Virus record (IMG/VR): IMGVR_UViG_3300009169_000021
Coordinates: 1,885 to 65,884 of that record
DNA from: a virus
Taxonomy: Duplodnaviria > Caudoviricetes
Reading direction: 5' to 3' (one strand)
DNA length: 64,000 nucleotides
Shown: in pieces, positions 8,163 through 18,034 of the stretch
Numbering within the stretch: position 1 is the first letter of the stretch
Layout of the letters: each line of letters starts with the position of its first letter
Translations under genes and position numbers: made by a program
The notes under the pieces: generated by a model
Told to the model about the DNA's origin: nothing
The model's database searches: none
Seen by the model: only the letters and a program-made list of their open reading frames with translations

Positions 8163-9725
8163 ATGTCTACTATGCAAAAACTTTTAGTTGGTACAAAAAA
8201 AGAAATATTAGAAGATATTCAAATTCTACATAATGAATTTTATAAAAAGAATAAAAAAGAAATCACTCGTGGTTATTATAGAAATAATGGTAAATATAAT
8301 GAATCTTTGATAGATAAATATTATGGATCATTTACTCTAGCTAAAAAAGAATTAAAAATAGAAAAAGAACATAATCTCACTAGAGAAGATATAGATATTA
8401 AACGTATAAATAAAGATAAGAATAAAAAATATTTTATATCTTCTATAATACCTAATGCAAAAATAAATTTATGTTTTTGGGAATCAATACTTAAATACTG
8501 TGAAGTTAATAAAGCAGAACCATTATTATTTGTAATGAGAGGCGTTAATACTGATGATAGTTTTTCTTCTGATGTAATAGATAAATATTCAAAATATTTT
8601 GTAACAGAGTATTTTTTTAATAGTAATCTTATTGCAAAAGATTTTATGTTAAGTCCTCAACAAATATTACCTCTATCAGGTTTACAAAGATACGGAGGTA
8701 AAAAACAATCTCTTATTATAGCTCATTCAAAACAAATGTTAAATACTATACCAAAACAACATAATGAAACTCCTCATATAGTTTTAAGTACTGGAACAAT
8801 ATGTACACCTAATTATTCAAACACAAGACAGGGACAAATAGCTAAAGAGGATAATTGTTTAGCGGGTTGGATTATAGAAGTTAAAGATAATATCGTTTTT
8901 CATCAACGATCGGTTAGATTTGATGGGAAAGGATTTCAAGATTTAAATAAATATTATACAAAAGATACAGTTATATCTCTATCAGTAAATTCACTTATAT
9001 GTGAACCTCATATAGGAGTAGAATCACAAAAAGCTATGAATTTATTTAAAGAGGTTACTACTCTATGTAAACCAAAAAATATATTTATACATGATAGCTT
9101 TGATGCATTATCAGTAAATCCACATACAAGAAATAAAAATGGTTTAAAAACCCAAGTAGCTTTACATCAAGAATCATTAGAAAAAGAATTAAATTATTTA
9201 GGTAGTTTCTTAGAACAATGGCAAAAAGAATTTCCTAATATAAAATTCTATCATATACATTCAAATCATAATTATTTTGTAAATAGATACTTGGAAGAAG
9301 GGGAATTTGTAAAAGATGTAGCAAATATGAAAATAGGAGCAGAATTATTTCTGTATCTGGTTAATAATAAAAATCCAATTGAAGAGTATCTTAAAAAACA
9401 TTTCAATATAAATAATCATATTTTTCTTAGAAAAGGACAATCTTTTATTATAAATGGTTGTGAAATGAATACTCATGGACATGCTGGAAGTAATGGAAGT
9501 AAGGGTTCTTTTAGAGGAATAGAAATAGCCTATAATAAAGCTATTATAGGTCATAGTCACTCTTATAATATTTGGAGAGATGTTCTACAGATACCTTGTC
9601 TTTGTGAATTACAACAATTATATAATAGTGATGGAGCTTCATCTTGGTTACATGGTAATGGTATACTATTTGAAAATGGTATGAAACAAGCTATAATATA
9701 CATTAACAATGAATGGAAATTATGA
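8163..9725 (+). CDS. T5 A1-like metallophosphoesterase/nuclease
   Basis: STG..T..NY, HD.FD..S.NPH, SNH, HGH.G.NGSKGS, GHSHS and G.SSW motifs; 520 aa. Confidence 0.7.
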   Translation: MSTMQKLLVGTKKEILEDIQILHNEFYKKNKKEITRGYYRNNGKYNESLIDKYYGSFTLAKKELKIEKEHNLTREDIDIKRINKDKNKKYFISSIIPNAKINLCFWESILKYCEVNKAEPLLFVMRGVNTDDSFSSDVIDKYSKYFVTEYFFNSNLIAKDFMLSPQQILPLSGLQRYGGKKQSLIIAHSKQMLNTIPKQHNETPHIVLSTGTICTPNYSNTRQGQIAKEDNCLAGWIIEVKDNIVFHQRSVRFDGKGFQDLNKYYTKDTVISLSVNSLICEPHIGVESQKAMNLFKEVTTLCKPKNIFIHDSFDALSVNPHTRNKNGLKTQVALHQESLEKELNYLGSFLEQWQKEFPNIKFYHIHSNHNYFVNRYLEEGEFVKDVANMKIGAELFLYLVNNKNPIEEYLKKHFNINNHIFLRKGQSFIINGCEMNTHGHAGSNGSKGSFRGIEIAYNKAIIGHSHSYNIWRDVLQIPCLCELQQLYNSDGASSWLHGNGILFENGMKQAIIYINNEWKL

Positions 9726-10045
9726 GTGAGAAAATATTATATGAAATAACATTAGATTATGAAGATGGTTGTTATTTGTTTGGACCATCTATCTGTCCTT
9801 ATTCTAATTCTCATATATATGTAGGAAGTAAGTTATGTACAAAATGTGAACATTTTGAATATAAAACAATTATAGATAATGTTAATTTTGTAATATGTAA
9901 TTATGAAGATATAGTTAAAATAACTAATGATAATAGTCCATTATCTATAATAGATTCTTATGGAATAGATATAATAAATAAGGATTCTTTACGTTATAAA
10001 TTAGCAATAATTATAAAGAATATTAGAAATGAATGGAGACTATAA
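9713..10045 (+). CDS. hypothetical Cys-rich protein
   Basis: CPY...VGS..C..C..F; overlaps neighbouring genes. Confidence 0.55.
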   Translation: MEIMSEKILYEITLDYEDGCYLFGPSICPYSNSHIYVGSKLCTKCEHFEYKTIIDNVNFVICNYEDIVKITNDNSPLSIIDSYGIDIINKDSLRYKLAIIIKNIRNEWRL

Positions 10046-10304
10046 AAAAATTATGATAAGAACTGTAAAACAAAAAGCATTAACTTATAAAGAAGCTGAT
10101 AAATTAGCTTATAATTGTAAATGGAAATTAGTAAAATGTAAAACTAATAATTGTTGGTGTAGTGCTATTAAACCTATTGAAAAAATAACTTTTTCTTATA
10201 GATCAACTATTGAAGAATATTATATAGTAAATTTTGGTTGTATTACCACTAAACTTGCAAAAGAAATGGTTAAATTACATAATAAATTCTTATTGGAAAA
10301 ATAA
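10029..10304 (+). CDS. hypothetical protein
   Basis: Coupled ORF; W...C....CWC. Confidence 0.55.
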   Translation: MNGDYKKIMIRTVKQKALTYKEADKLAYNCKWKLVKCKTNNCWCSAIKPIEKITFSYRSTIEEYYIVNFGCITTKLAKEMVKLHNKFLLEK

Positions 10305-10579
10305 TGGCAAAAATAGATATTACTAATACAACTAAAAAATACCCTACAGTTGGAGAAATGTTGGAATATATTAAATCTAATAATATCCCTATGGATGCTA
10401 TAGTCACATGTGAACAATTAAAAGATTATTATTTAGAAGATAAAGAGGATTATAAAAGTTGGGATTATTATGAAACTTCTGGAGATTATCCCTCTGATGT
10501 AAATAAATTACTCCCCGCTCATAATGGATTTGGTTCTGCATTCTTTAAGAAAGCTTTTGTAATTTGGATGCATTTCTAA
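10304..10579 (+). CDS. hypothetical protein
   Basis: TAATG coupling to the upstream gene. Confidence 0.6.
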   Translation: MAKIDITNTTKKYPTVGEMLEYIKSNNIPMDAIVTCEQLKDYYLEDKEDYKSWDYYETSGDYPSDVNKLLPAHNGFGSAFFKKAFVIWMHF

Positions 10580-10598
10580 TTATAGATAACTATTTTTT

Positions 10599-10605
10599 TA
10601 CTAAT
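10599..10605 (+). promoter_or_regulatory. putative late promoter TACTAAT
   Basis: About 30 nt upstream of the portal start codon. Confidence 0.65.
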
Positions 10606-10634
10606 ATAAAAATATATTCTCATGGTGAAAATAA

Positions 10635-12686
10635 ATGGCAAGTAAAATAGATAAGAACTTTTCGGCAGATAAAAATGTTTTAAGTAGGCTTCGTGGTTAT
10701 TTTAAAATGGGCGTTAAACCTAATGCTACAAATAAAGTAGATAAAATTCAATTATATAGAACTGTAAGAGGTGATGCTGATAGCAAAGGTAATTATCAAA
10801 AAAAATTAGTTCTTGATAAATTTCCTGATTCGGTACAGACTTTATATGAGTACTGGGTTAATTCATGTCATGACGATATATCTTCATGGAAGTCAATATT
10901 ATCCGTTTATGATGACATGGATATACTTTCATATAATTGTGCAAAAATATCTAAAGCTATGGAGATTGTTACGGATGAAACTTTACAAGCCGATTCTAAT
11001 AATCAGACAATATTTGTTGAGGGTAAGGTAAAGATAAAAAAATATATAGAGAAATTTTTTCTTGATATAGGCTTATATGATCATTTAAGACCAACTGTAA
11101 AGGATATAGTTAAGTATGGTAATGCTGTATGGGTATTAGGGTTTGATTCTAAGGGAGTTAATGAGATAGTACAGGTTGATCCTAGAATGTTAAAAGAGAG
11201 AATGGAATTTTCTCCTTTTGAGTTAAATGCTAAAATAAATAATAATGATAGTTTTTTAAATAATTATAAAACAGCAGTTAATCGTGTAGATGATTTAATT
11301 GCTATGATATTAAATAAGGAGAATTCTGTATCGTATTTTAAAACATATCTTATTGGATATCAAGTAGAGGAAGCAGTATTACCACCTTGGAAGTGTATAC
11401 ATTTTAGAAATATAACAAACGATGCACCTTTTAAACCTTATGGAGTACCATTATATATTCATGCTATGGCTCCTTATAGACAATATGATGCTGCTATGTC
11501 TTTACAAATAACTGCTAGAGGATTAGCCTTTCCAAAACAAGTTTATAAAATAGATTTACCTAATATTATATCTTCTACAGAAAAATTTGCTAAAGCTACT
11601 GAATTTATGAATGAACTTATGAATAGTGGATTTGGCTCAAGTAAAAAAGAATTACCCGGACTTGGTGATGTGATTATTACTATTAAAGATTTGTACGAAT
11701 ATGAAGTACAAACTATGGATATAAATTTAGGTAGAACAGATGATTTAGAATTACTTTTAGATGAAATAATAGATGCGACCTTACTTCCAAGAAAACTTAT
11801 AGATAGTAAAGATTCTGGATTTGGTGATAGTGCTACTTCATATGTAGAACAATTTAAACCTTTTGCAAGATTGATATATAGATTCCAATCAATTCTTATG
11901 TCTCAATTAACAGAACTTATAAAGATACATTTACTACATACAGGAGATTTTACATTAGATGAAATAGAATTTAATTTAAATATGCCATATCCAGAATCAC
12001 AAACAAATGTAGATCTTATAAATTCTCAAAGTGCTTTACTTGATTTAGCTAATAATATAATAGGAGCTATAGAAGACAAAATTACAGGTGGAGAAAAATT
12101 ACCCCCAGAATTAGTAAAAAGTATATATAATAGATTTTTACCTTATGATAGTACTACAGTTGATTTTTGGGTAGATGATGCACTTAAAGCAAAAGATGCT
12201 GAAGATACTACTCCTACTGCTGATAGTAGAGAATCTGATGTATATGCCGATGAAGATTTTAATTTTGAAGATCAAGAATCAGAAGAAGATATTATAGAAG
12301 AGGAACCAGTTGCAAATGATAATAATTTAAATATCAATGTTACATCTACACCACCATCAACTACCCCAATAACAGAAGCTGTAAGAATACAAAGAAAGTG
12401 GAAAATGGTTGAAAAAGAAGTGGGTAAAAAGAAATTAAAAGAAATGGTAGATGATATTATCTTTGAAGAACAAAATAAAGTTCTTCGAGAAGGTTCATTA
12501 AATAAAAGACATTATTACTCTAGTAAAAATAAAACAAATGATTTTGATATATTAAAATTTGAAAAACTATGTCAAAAGAAAACAAATAAATTGGTAGAAA
12601 AAGAAATGAAAGATGCTGATAGATCTAATATTTATGAAGAATATAGATTTCCAGTAGAAGAAAAAAAAGATGACTTTATTGAATAA
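10635..12686 (+). CDS. portal protein (T4 gp20-like) with acidic C-terminal extension
   Basis: MD.......I..A.EI..DE, VKYGN, HFR, PYG..L...A...YRQ...........R.....VYKID motifs. Confidence 0.8.
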   Translation: MASKIDKNFSADKNVLSRLRGYFKMGVKPNATNKVDKIQLYRTVRGDADSKGNYQKKLVLDKFPDSVQTLYEYWVNSCHDDISSWKSILSVYDDMDILSYNCAKISKAMEIVTDETLQADSNNQTIFVEGKVKIKKYIEKFFLDIGLYDHLRPTVKDIVKYGNAVWVLGFDSKGVNEIVQVDPRMLKERMEFSPFELNAKINNNDSFLNNYKTAVNRVDDLIAMILNKENSVSYFKTYLIGYQVEEAVLPPWKCIHFRNITNDAPFKPYGVPLYIHAMAPYRQYDAAMSLQITARGLAFPKQVYKIDLPNIISSTEKFAKATEFMNELMNSGFGSSKKELPGLGDVIITIKDLYEYEVQTMDINLGRTDDLELLLDEIIDATLLPRKLIDSKDSGFGDSATSYVEQFKPFARLIYRFQSILMSQLTELIKIHLLHTGDFTLDEIEFNLNMPYPESQTNVDLINSQSALLDLANNIIGAIEDKITGGEKLPPELVKSIYNRFLPYDSTTVDFWVDDALKAKDAEDTTPTADSRESDVYADEDFNFEDQESEEDIIEEEPVANDNNLNINVTSTPPSTTPITEAVRIQRKWKMVEKEVGKKKLKEMVDDIIFEEQNKVLREGSLNKRHYYSSKNKTNDFDILKFEKLCQKKTNKLVEKEMKDADRSNIYEEYRFPVEEKKDDFIE

Positions 12687-12690
12687 AAAA

Positions 12691-12720
12691 TTAAACTTTT
12701 TAATATTTTTAATTATATTA
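12691..12720 (+). promoter_or_regulatory. sigma70-type promoter
   Basis: TTAAAC-17 bp-TATATT within the conserved TTTTTAATTATATTA block. Confidence 0.6.
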
Positions 12721-12736
12721 TATATAGAGGATTAAG

Positions 12737-12871
12737 ATGGAACAATTATATGAAGTAAATGGACAGCAAGTAACTAAAGAACAATTAGAAGAAATGAAAA
12801 AGGATTCTAATATAAGATTAGTTGAAACTGAACCCGGAAAATTTAAAATACTCGAAAAAATGTATGGATAA
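12737..12871 (+). CDS. small protein (44 aa), missing from the ORF track
   Basis: GAGGA RBS after the promoter; MEQLYEVNGQQVTKEQLEEMKKD... Confidence 0.6.
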   Translation: MEQLYEVNGQQVTKEQLEEMKKDSNIRLVETEPGKFKILEKMYG

Positions 12872-13256
12872 AGATTACAATAATATAATAAAAGAATTTC
12901 CTAATATATTTCAATTAGATAAATCAAAAAATCATTCTATAAATATCTATGGTATAGAATGTGATTCGGGATGGTATGATTTAATTTATAATTGTACTAA
13001 ACAAATATCAGATTATTGTTATAAGAATACTATAGATAATATTTATGTTTTACAAATTAAAGAAAAATTAGGTGGTTTAAGATATTATCTTTCTTGTAGT
13101 AATGAACTGATAGAACAAATTATCTATAATACTGAAAATCTCTCCATAACAACATGTGAATTATGTGGGAATAAAGGAAAAATTTGTAAATTAAATGGAT
13201 TTTTATTAAAGTGTCTTTGTAAAAAATGTAAAAACAATAGGAAGTATAGGGAGTAA
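12864..13256 (+). CDS. conserved phage protein with Zn ribbon
   Basis: EC..GWY.LI, QIKEKLGGLRYY, TCELCG...CLC..C; ATG 12864 preferred over TTG 12822. Confidence 0.65.
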   Translation: MDKDYNNIIKEFPNIFQLDKSKNHSINIYGIECDSGWYDLIYNCTKQISDYCYKNTIDNIYVLQIKEKLGGLRYYLSCSNELIEQIIYNTENLSITTCELCGNKGKICKLNGFLLKCLCKKCKNNRKYRE

Positions 13257-13259
13257 TGA

Positions 13260-13619
13260 ATGGCTATTTTATCAGATGAGGAAAAATCAGCATTAAATAA
13301 AATTTGTTCAGTAAGTCTTAAAGATGCATCTACTATTAAGGATATATTTTTTTCTATATTATCATGTATTACACTTGATTCATATCAGAGTAATGAAAGT
13401 GAAATTATAATTCCTTATATAGCAAAACTAAAATTTAACTATGTAGAAACTTCTACGGAACAAGGATTTGAATCAAAAGTTCTTATAGAAGCAGAACCAT
13501 TACCATCTCTGATTAAAGAGTTTGTCTCTATTAGAAATGGAGAAGAACCACCCTCAAAGAAATATTTTAGAAAACAAAATTCATTACAAATAGAAAAATT
13601 TTTAAAGATGGAAATGTAA
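13260..13619 (+). CDS. possible HU/IHF-like DNA-binding protein
   Basis: Two helices, then I-I-P-Y-I-A-K-L and a C-terminal P...L helix loosely matching the HU fold. Confidence 0.3.
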   Translation: MAILSDEEKSALNKICSVSLKDASTIKDIFFSILSCITLDSYQSNESEIIIPYIAKLKFNYVETSTEQGFESKVLIEAEPLPSLIKEFVSIRNGEEPPSKKYFRKQNSLQIEKFLKMEM

Positions 13620-13623
13620 TTTT

Positions 13624-14001
13624 ATGAATAGTTGGATATGCTGTTATCAAGGACAGAACAATAATATTTATTTTTTAACAGATAAATCTCCTGAAAGAGA
13701 TTTTATGAAATATTATAAATTCATGGAATATATTAATGCTGAATTTCAAATAAAAGACTTTTTTGTATTCAAAGAAAATATAGATAAATTTAAAGTTGTA
13801 CTATTATATTCAGATAATACATGGGAAGTTATACCAGATGAAATTCAAGATGCTTCTTTTGAAGAGCTATACGCAATAAATGGTGAAAATATAGAAGAAA
13901 AAAAATCAGCTTTTCAACAACAAGTTGACAATTCAAAAGTAAGACTTAATCAAATATTTGACTTTAGAAAAAAAGAAATTAAAGGACAATACAAAAAGTG
14001 A
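13624..14001 (+). CDS. hypothetical protein
   Basis: 125-aa ORF in operon. Confidence 0.6.
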   Translation: MNSWICCYQGQNNNIYFLTDKSPERDFMKYYKFMEYINAEFQIKDFFVFKENIDKFKVVLLYSDNTWEVIPDEIQDASFEELYAINGENIEEKKSAFQQQVDNSKVRLNQIFDFRKKEIKGQYKK

Positions 14002-14273
14002 AAGAGAATTGGATTAAAATAACTGGTTTTACTCATACATCTTTTTCGTATAAAGATTCTCTTATGGCAGATCATAACTATTACAAAAAACTATATATTC
14101 CATTAGAATCAATTATATCTATAGAAGATTTAACACCTAAAATCTATAATGAGAGAGAGCTTTCTACAAGAGATAAATTTTTAATGAAAGAAGCTAAAAC
14201 AGTTGTTCTAACAACGACTAAAACATATTATGTAATGGAAGATAAGGATAATATTATAAATCAAAATTTTTAG
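13998..14273 (+). CDS. hypothetical protein
   Basis: GTGA overlap with the upstream gene. Confidence 0.55.
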   Translation: MKENWIKITGFTHTSFSYKDSLMADHNYYKKLYIPLESIISIEDLTPKIYNERELSTRDKFLMKEAKTVVLTTTKTYYVMEDKDNIINQNF

Positions 14274-14292
14274 AAATACATAGGGGTAGTTC

Positions 14293-14538
14293 ATGATTGA
14301 TAAAATTGATGTATCAGAAAAAGATGAAAATGTTTTTCAGTTTAATGATTTTGAATTTGTATTACATGGAGATGAAGCTTATATTCTAAGTGAAGATGGT
14401 CATTTTGTAATAGAAGGACTTCAAAGTTTTAAACTTGTTGATGATACTCATTATCTTATAGTAGATGAAGATGATAAAATGCTTATATCAGAAGAAGATT
14501 TTGAAAAAATAAAACAAATATATTTAACTTTTTTATAA
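14293..14538 (+). CDS. hypothetical acidic protein
   Basis: AGGGG RBS. Confidence 0.6.
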   Translation: MIDKIDVSEKDENVFQFNDFEFVLHGDEAYILSEDGHFVIEGLQSFKLVDDTHYLIVDEDDKMLISEEDFEKIKQIYLTFL

Positions 14539-14553
14539 TTTTTAATTATATTA
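14524..14553 (+). promoter_or_regulatory. sigma70-type promoter
   Basis: TTAACT-17 bp-TATATT, followed by an AAGGAG RBS. Confidence 0.65.
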
Positions 14554-14580
14554 TAAATAAGAATATAAGGAGAAATAATT

Positions 14581-15063
14581 GTGAAGTGTAAAGATTGTAG
14601 ATATAATTTGAGTTGTATGATACCATTAAATTGTGGGTGTTATGAGGAAAAAGAAATGACAGATGATGAATGGCAACAGAAAGTTAAAGATATTTATGAG
14701 GAGAAAGAAATGAATTTAGGTGAAAGTCAAATAAAAAATGAAGTTAAATGGAACAGTCTATCGGAAGAAAAAAATAAGTTTGTATTTGAAAATGAGGAAC
14801 AGTTTTTTTTGACAGAAAAACAAGCAAATCTATTTTACAATTTATATATCGGATGGAAACCAACAAAAGAGGAATTTATTATTACTGCTAAACAAACAAA
14901 TCTAATTAAAAAATCAGAATTACAAACTTCTGTAGATCATGTAGAAAATATGTATAAAAAATATATGGATAGTTGTGATAATGATAATGCAGCAATAATT
15001 ATTGATGATCTATATGCAGTAATTCAATTATTAAAAAAAGATCATCCGGAGTTTAATAAATAA
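14581..15063 (+). CDS. hypothetical protein
   Basis: AAGGAGA RBS; internal duplication YEEKEM. Confidence 0.6.
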   Translation: MKCKDCRYNLSCMIPLNCGCYEEKEMTDDEWQQKVKDIYEEKEMNLGESQIKNEVKWNSLSEEKNKFVFENEEQFFLTEKQANLFYNLYIGWKPTKEEFIITAKQTNLIKKSELQTSVDHVENMYKKYMDSCDNDNAAIIIDDLYAVIQLLKKDHPEFNK

Positions 15064-15091
15064 TGGGAAAAATTGAAATATTTTTAGTTGG

Positions 15092-15427
15092 TTGTATGAT
15101 AGGAACAATACTAATGGCAATAATATTAACTCTAATACAGAATGGAATAATATAATGAAATCACTTTTTATGAAAACTTTAGATGAAAGATTTTTACATG
15201 ATAGATGGAATTCATTATCACATAGTTTTAAACCTCCTATAACAAAATTTATACAATTCGATCTTATTACTTATAAGGATCAATGGCAATTTGGTATTAC
15301 TTTCAACATATCATGGAAAGATAAAATTTATATGTCTATTGAAGATGTAACTCATGGACATATATGGATTGATTTAGGTAAATGGTGTTTAGAAATATCT
15401 ATAATGGATTATAAGGGGTGGATATAA
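15092..15427 (+). CDS. hypothetical protein (start uncertain)
   Basis: Fills the operon; an internal ATG (MKSLF) may be the real start. Confidence 0.45.
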   Translation: MYDRNNTNGNNINSNTEWNNIMKSLFMKTLDERFLHDRWNSLSHSFKPPITKFIQFDLITYKDQWQFGITFNISWKDKIYMSIEDVTHGHIWIDLGKWCLEISIMDYKGWI

Positions 15428-15775
15428 ATGAAAAAAATAATAATAGCAATCTGCTTAATATTAGCAATATCTTTAGGAATTAACATTTGGTTTTTTTCTG
15501 GTAAAGGTATTGAAATAAATAATTTTACTTATAATAGACAATATCAATATCAGCAGCAATTTCAAGGACAACTCTTAATAAATCAATGGACTGCTGAAGG
15601 TAATAAAATTGAATGGAAAATGATAGAAGTAGATTATGATAAAATAACAATAGAACTTGATAAACTTCATCCTATATCCTCTTTATATGCTAAAGTAACT
15701 AGAATGCCCTCTACGGGAGTTTGTTTAATTTACTACCCTGAGATTTTCACTAAAACTAAAGAAATTACTAAATAA
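15428..15775 (+). CDS. membrane-anchored/secreted protein
   Basis: MKK followed by a hydrophobic N-terminal segment. Confidence 0.6.
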   Translation: MKKIIIAICLILAISLGINIWFFSGKGIEINNFTYNRQYQYQQQFQGQLLINQWTAEGNKIEWKMIEVDYDKITIELDKLHPISSLYAKVTRMPSTGVCLIYYPEIFTKTKEITK

Positions 15776-15795
15776 AACATAAGGAGAAATTCAAT

Positions 15796-15978
15796 ATGGT
15801 ACTTAGCTGGAAAAAAATTAGATTTAATCTTTTTAAATATAAATTTACAAAACCTGTAATAGAAATAAATCTTGATTGGTTAGGTGAACATTATTCTACT
15901 TTCATTTGTACTTTCTCTTCGATGACATTTGAAGAATATGTTAATATTTACAAAACTAAAGGTTATAAAATAATATGA
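15796..15978 (+). CDS. hypothetical protein
   Basis: AAGGAG RBS. Confidence 0.5.
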   Translation: MVLSWKKIRFNLFKYKFTKPVIEINLDWLGEHYSTFICTFSSMTFEEYVNIYKTKGYKII

Positions 15979-16110
15979 TTGCTAAAATATTTATCACGAT
16001 AATTTTTTGTGTTCATATCTCTGATATTCCAAAAATGATTAGCCCTACTAATCAAGGTATAGTTTTTATTCTTTATGTTTTAGCTATAATTTTATTATGG
16101 GGTATTTAGA

Positions 16111-16473
16111 GTGAAAAAATTTTTAATCTTTTTTATTATTTTATTTTCAATAAATGGGTATTCCAAAATGAATGAAGATTTTGTTAGAGAAGGTTTTGTA
16201 CAATTTAAAATTCATTCGAATCATTATTATCAATTTTCTTTATTTCTGAAAGCTAATACAAAATATTTTTTTAGATTAAATGGTGAAACTATTTTTAATT
16301 TCCAAATGATAGAGCCATCAGGAAATGAATGGGATCTTCATATAGCGAAATCTTCAAATATGAAAAATTATGATATGGTAGTTTGGGAAAACATTTTAGA
16401 TAGGGGTGAATATGTTATTAGAATATATACCATTTCTGATAACATTATAACAATGCAATGGGGTGAGTACTAA
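16111..16473 (+). CDS. secreted beta-rich protein
   Basis: Signal-peptide-like MKKFLIFFIILFSINGYS. Confidence 0.55.
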   Translation: MKKFLIFFIILFSINGYSKMNEDFVREGFVQFKIHSNHYYQFSLFLKANTKYFFRLNGETIFNFQMIEPSGNEWDLHIAKSSNMKNYDMVVWENILDRGEYVIRIYTISDNIITMQWGEY

Positions 16474-16757
16474 TGACATTAACTATATTATCTATAATAA
16501 TGATAGGTCTAATAATAATATATTTAATAAATGATGTATGCTGTCAAGATTTAAATTATTATTTAAAACAGGAGAGAATTAAATTTTTAACTGGAACTAC
16601 TAATGAGATGATGTATCAAATAAATTTCAGAAGAAGACACATAGATACATTAGCTAAGAAATATAATTGGGATGAAGAATTTTTAATGAAAAAATATTAT
16701 GATAGTGGTTATGAATCATTGGTTACTTTTGAATTAAATGAATTGAGAGGAAATTGA
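16473..16757 (+). CDS. membrane-anchored hypothetical protein
   Basis: N-terminal hydrophobic helix; TAATG coupling. Confidence 0.55.
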   Translation: MTLTILSIIMIGLIIIYLINDVCCQDLNYYLKQERIKFLTGTTNEMMYQINFRRRHIDTLAKKYNWDEEFLMKKYYDSGYESLVTFELNELRGN

Positions 16758-16758
16758 A

Positions 16759-17238
16759 TTGAGACAAAATATAAACGTATATGATGAGATGTTTACAAAT
16801 GATAGTAGAAGATTTTATCCAGAAACTCATCCAGTAGTAGTACATGAACCACTTAAAACTAATTTTATAATACTTGAATCACCTGAAGATATAAGAAAAG
16901 GATTACTGAGTTTAGTTTCTTTCGAAAAGGAAGATTTAATTGCTCAATGTATAGGTATAGCATTACCATATCAAACATTACATACATTACAATTTTCAGA
17001 AACTATATTTTATCACGATCCATTTTTTGCAGGTTATCTCCTCCACTCATGCGATCCTAATAGCGAACTTAAAATGTTAGACTTTACTCTTCATGCTATT
17101 AAAGATATTAAGCCATTTGAACTCATAACTATAAATTATAATCATACAGAAAAATCTCTTTATCAGGGATTTAATTGTTTATGTGGTTCTCCTAATTGTC
17201 AAAAATGGATTTCTGGTTACGATAATAACAATAATTGA
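16759..17238 (+). CDS. SET-domain protein with post-SET motif (putative lysine methyltransferase)
   Basis: HSCDPN, AIKDIKPFELITINY and post-SET FNCLCGSPNC. Confidence 0.85.
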   Translation: MRQNINVYDEMFTNDSRRFYPETHPVVVHEPLKTNFIILESPEDIRKGLLSLVSFEKEDLIAQCIGIALPYQTLHTLQFSETIFYHDPFFAGYLLHSCDPNSELKMLDFTLHAIKDIKPFELITINYNHTEKSLYQGFNCLCGSPNCQKWISGYDNNNN

Positions 17239-17244
17239 ATTATC

Positions 17245-17251
17245 TACTAAT
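17245..17251 (+). promoter_or_regulatory. putative late promoter TACTAAT at the head of the sugar island
   Basis: Lies in the 40-bp gap before rfbF. Confidence 0.55.
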
Positions 17252-17278
17252 TAAAAAAATAAATTATTAGGGGGTTGT

Positions 17279-18034
17279 ATGAAGGTTATTATTTTAGCTG
17301 GGGGTAAAGGCTCCAGATTAGGTGAAGAAACAAATAAAATTCCAAAACCGCTAGTAACTATAGGTGATAAACCTATATTATGGCATTTAATAAAACAGTA
17401 TGCTTATTATAATCATAATGAGTTTATTATTTGTTGTGGTTATAAGGGTTATCTGATTAAATCCTATTTTAAAGATTATTATTTACATAATACAAATATA
17501 ACTATTGATCTTTTTAAAAATGAAACCATATATCATACACCTACTTCAGAGACATGGAAAATTTCCTGTGTAGATACAGGTGAAGAGAATCTTACCGGAA
17601 GTCGAATTAAACAAGTTAAAGATTATATTGAAGATGATGAAAATTTTATGATATCATATGGAGATAATGTATCTAATATAGATATAGATAAACTAATTGA
17701 ATTTCATAAATCACATGGAAAAATAGCTACATTATCTGCTGTTAAAATTAAGGGTAAATTTGGTAGTATTGATATAGATGGTGATAAAGTTAAAAGTTTT
17801 GAAGAAAAGAAAGATACTTATATCAATGGTGGATATATGGTATTTAATAGAAAAATATTTGATTATTTAGATGATGATATGTTGGAAAAAAATACATTAC
17901 CTTTATTAGCTAGTATAGAGGAACTTCTTTGTTATAAACATGATGATTTTTGGGCTTGTATGGATAATATAAAAGAAAGAGATGATTTAAATAAATTATG
18001 GATAGATAATAATGCTCCTTGGAAAATATGGTAA
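17279..18034 (+). CDS. rfbF: glucose-1-phosphate cytidylyltransferase
   Basis: ILAGGKGSRL.EET..IPKPL, GYKGY.IK.YF, VDTG....TG.RIK, YGD, W.CMD, APWKIW. Confidence 0.92.
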   Translation: MKVIILAGGKGSRLGEETNKIPKPLVTIGDKPILWHLIKQYAYYNHNEFIICCGYKGYLIKSYFKDYYLHNTNITIDLFKNETIYHTPTSETWKISCVDTGEENLTGSRIKQVKDYIEDDENFMISYGDNVSNIDIDKLIEFHKSHGKIATLSAVKIKGKFGSIDIDGDKVKSFEEKKDTYINGGYMVFNRKIFDYLDDDMLEKNTLPLLASIEELLCYKHDDFWACMDNIKERDDLNKLWIDNNAPWKIW

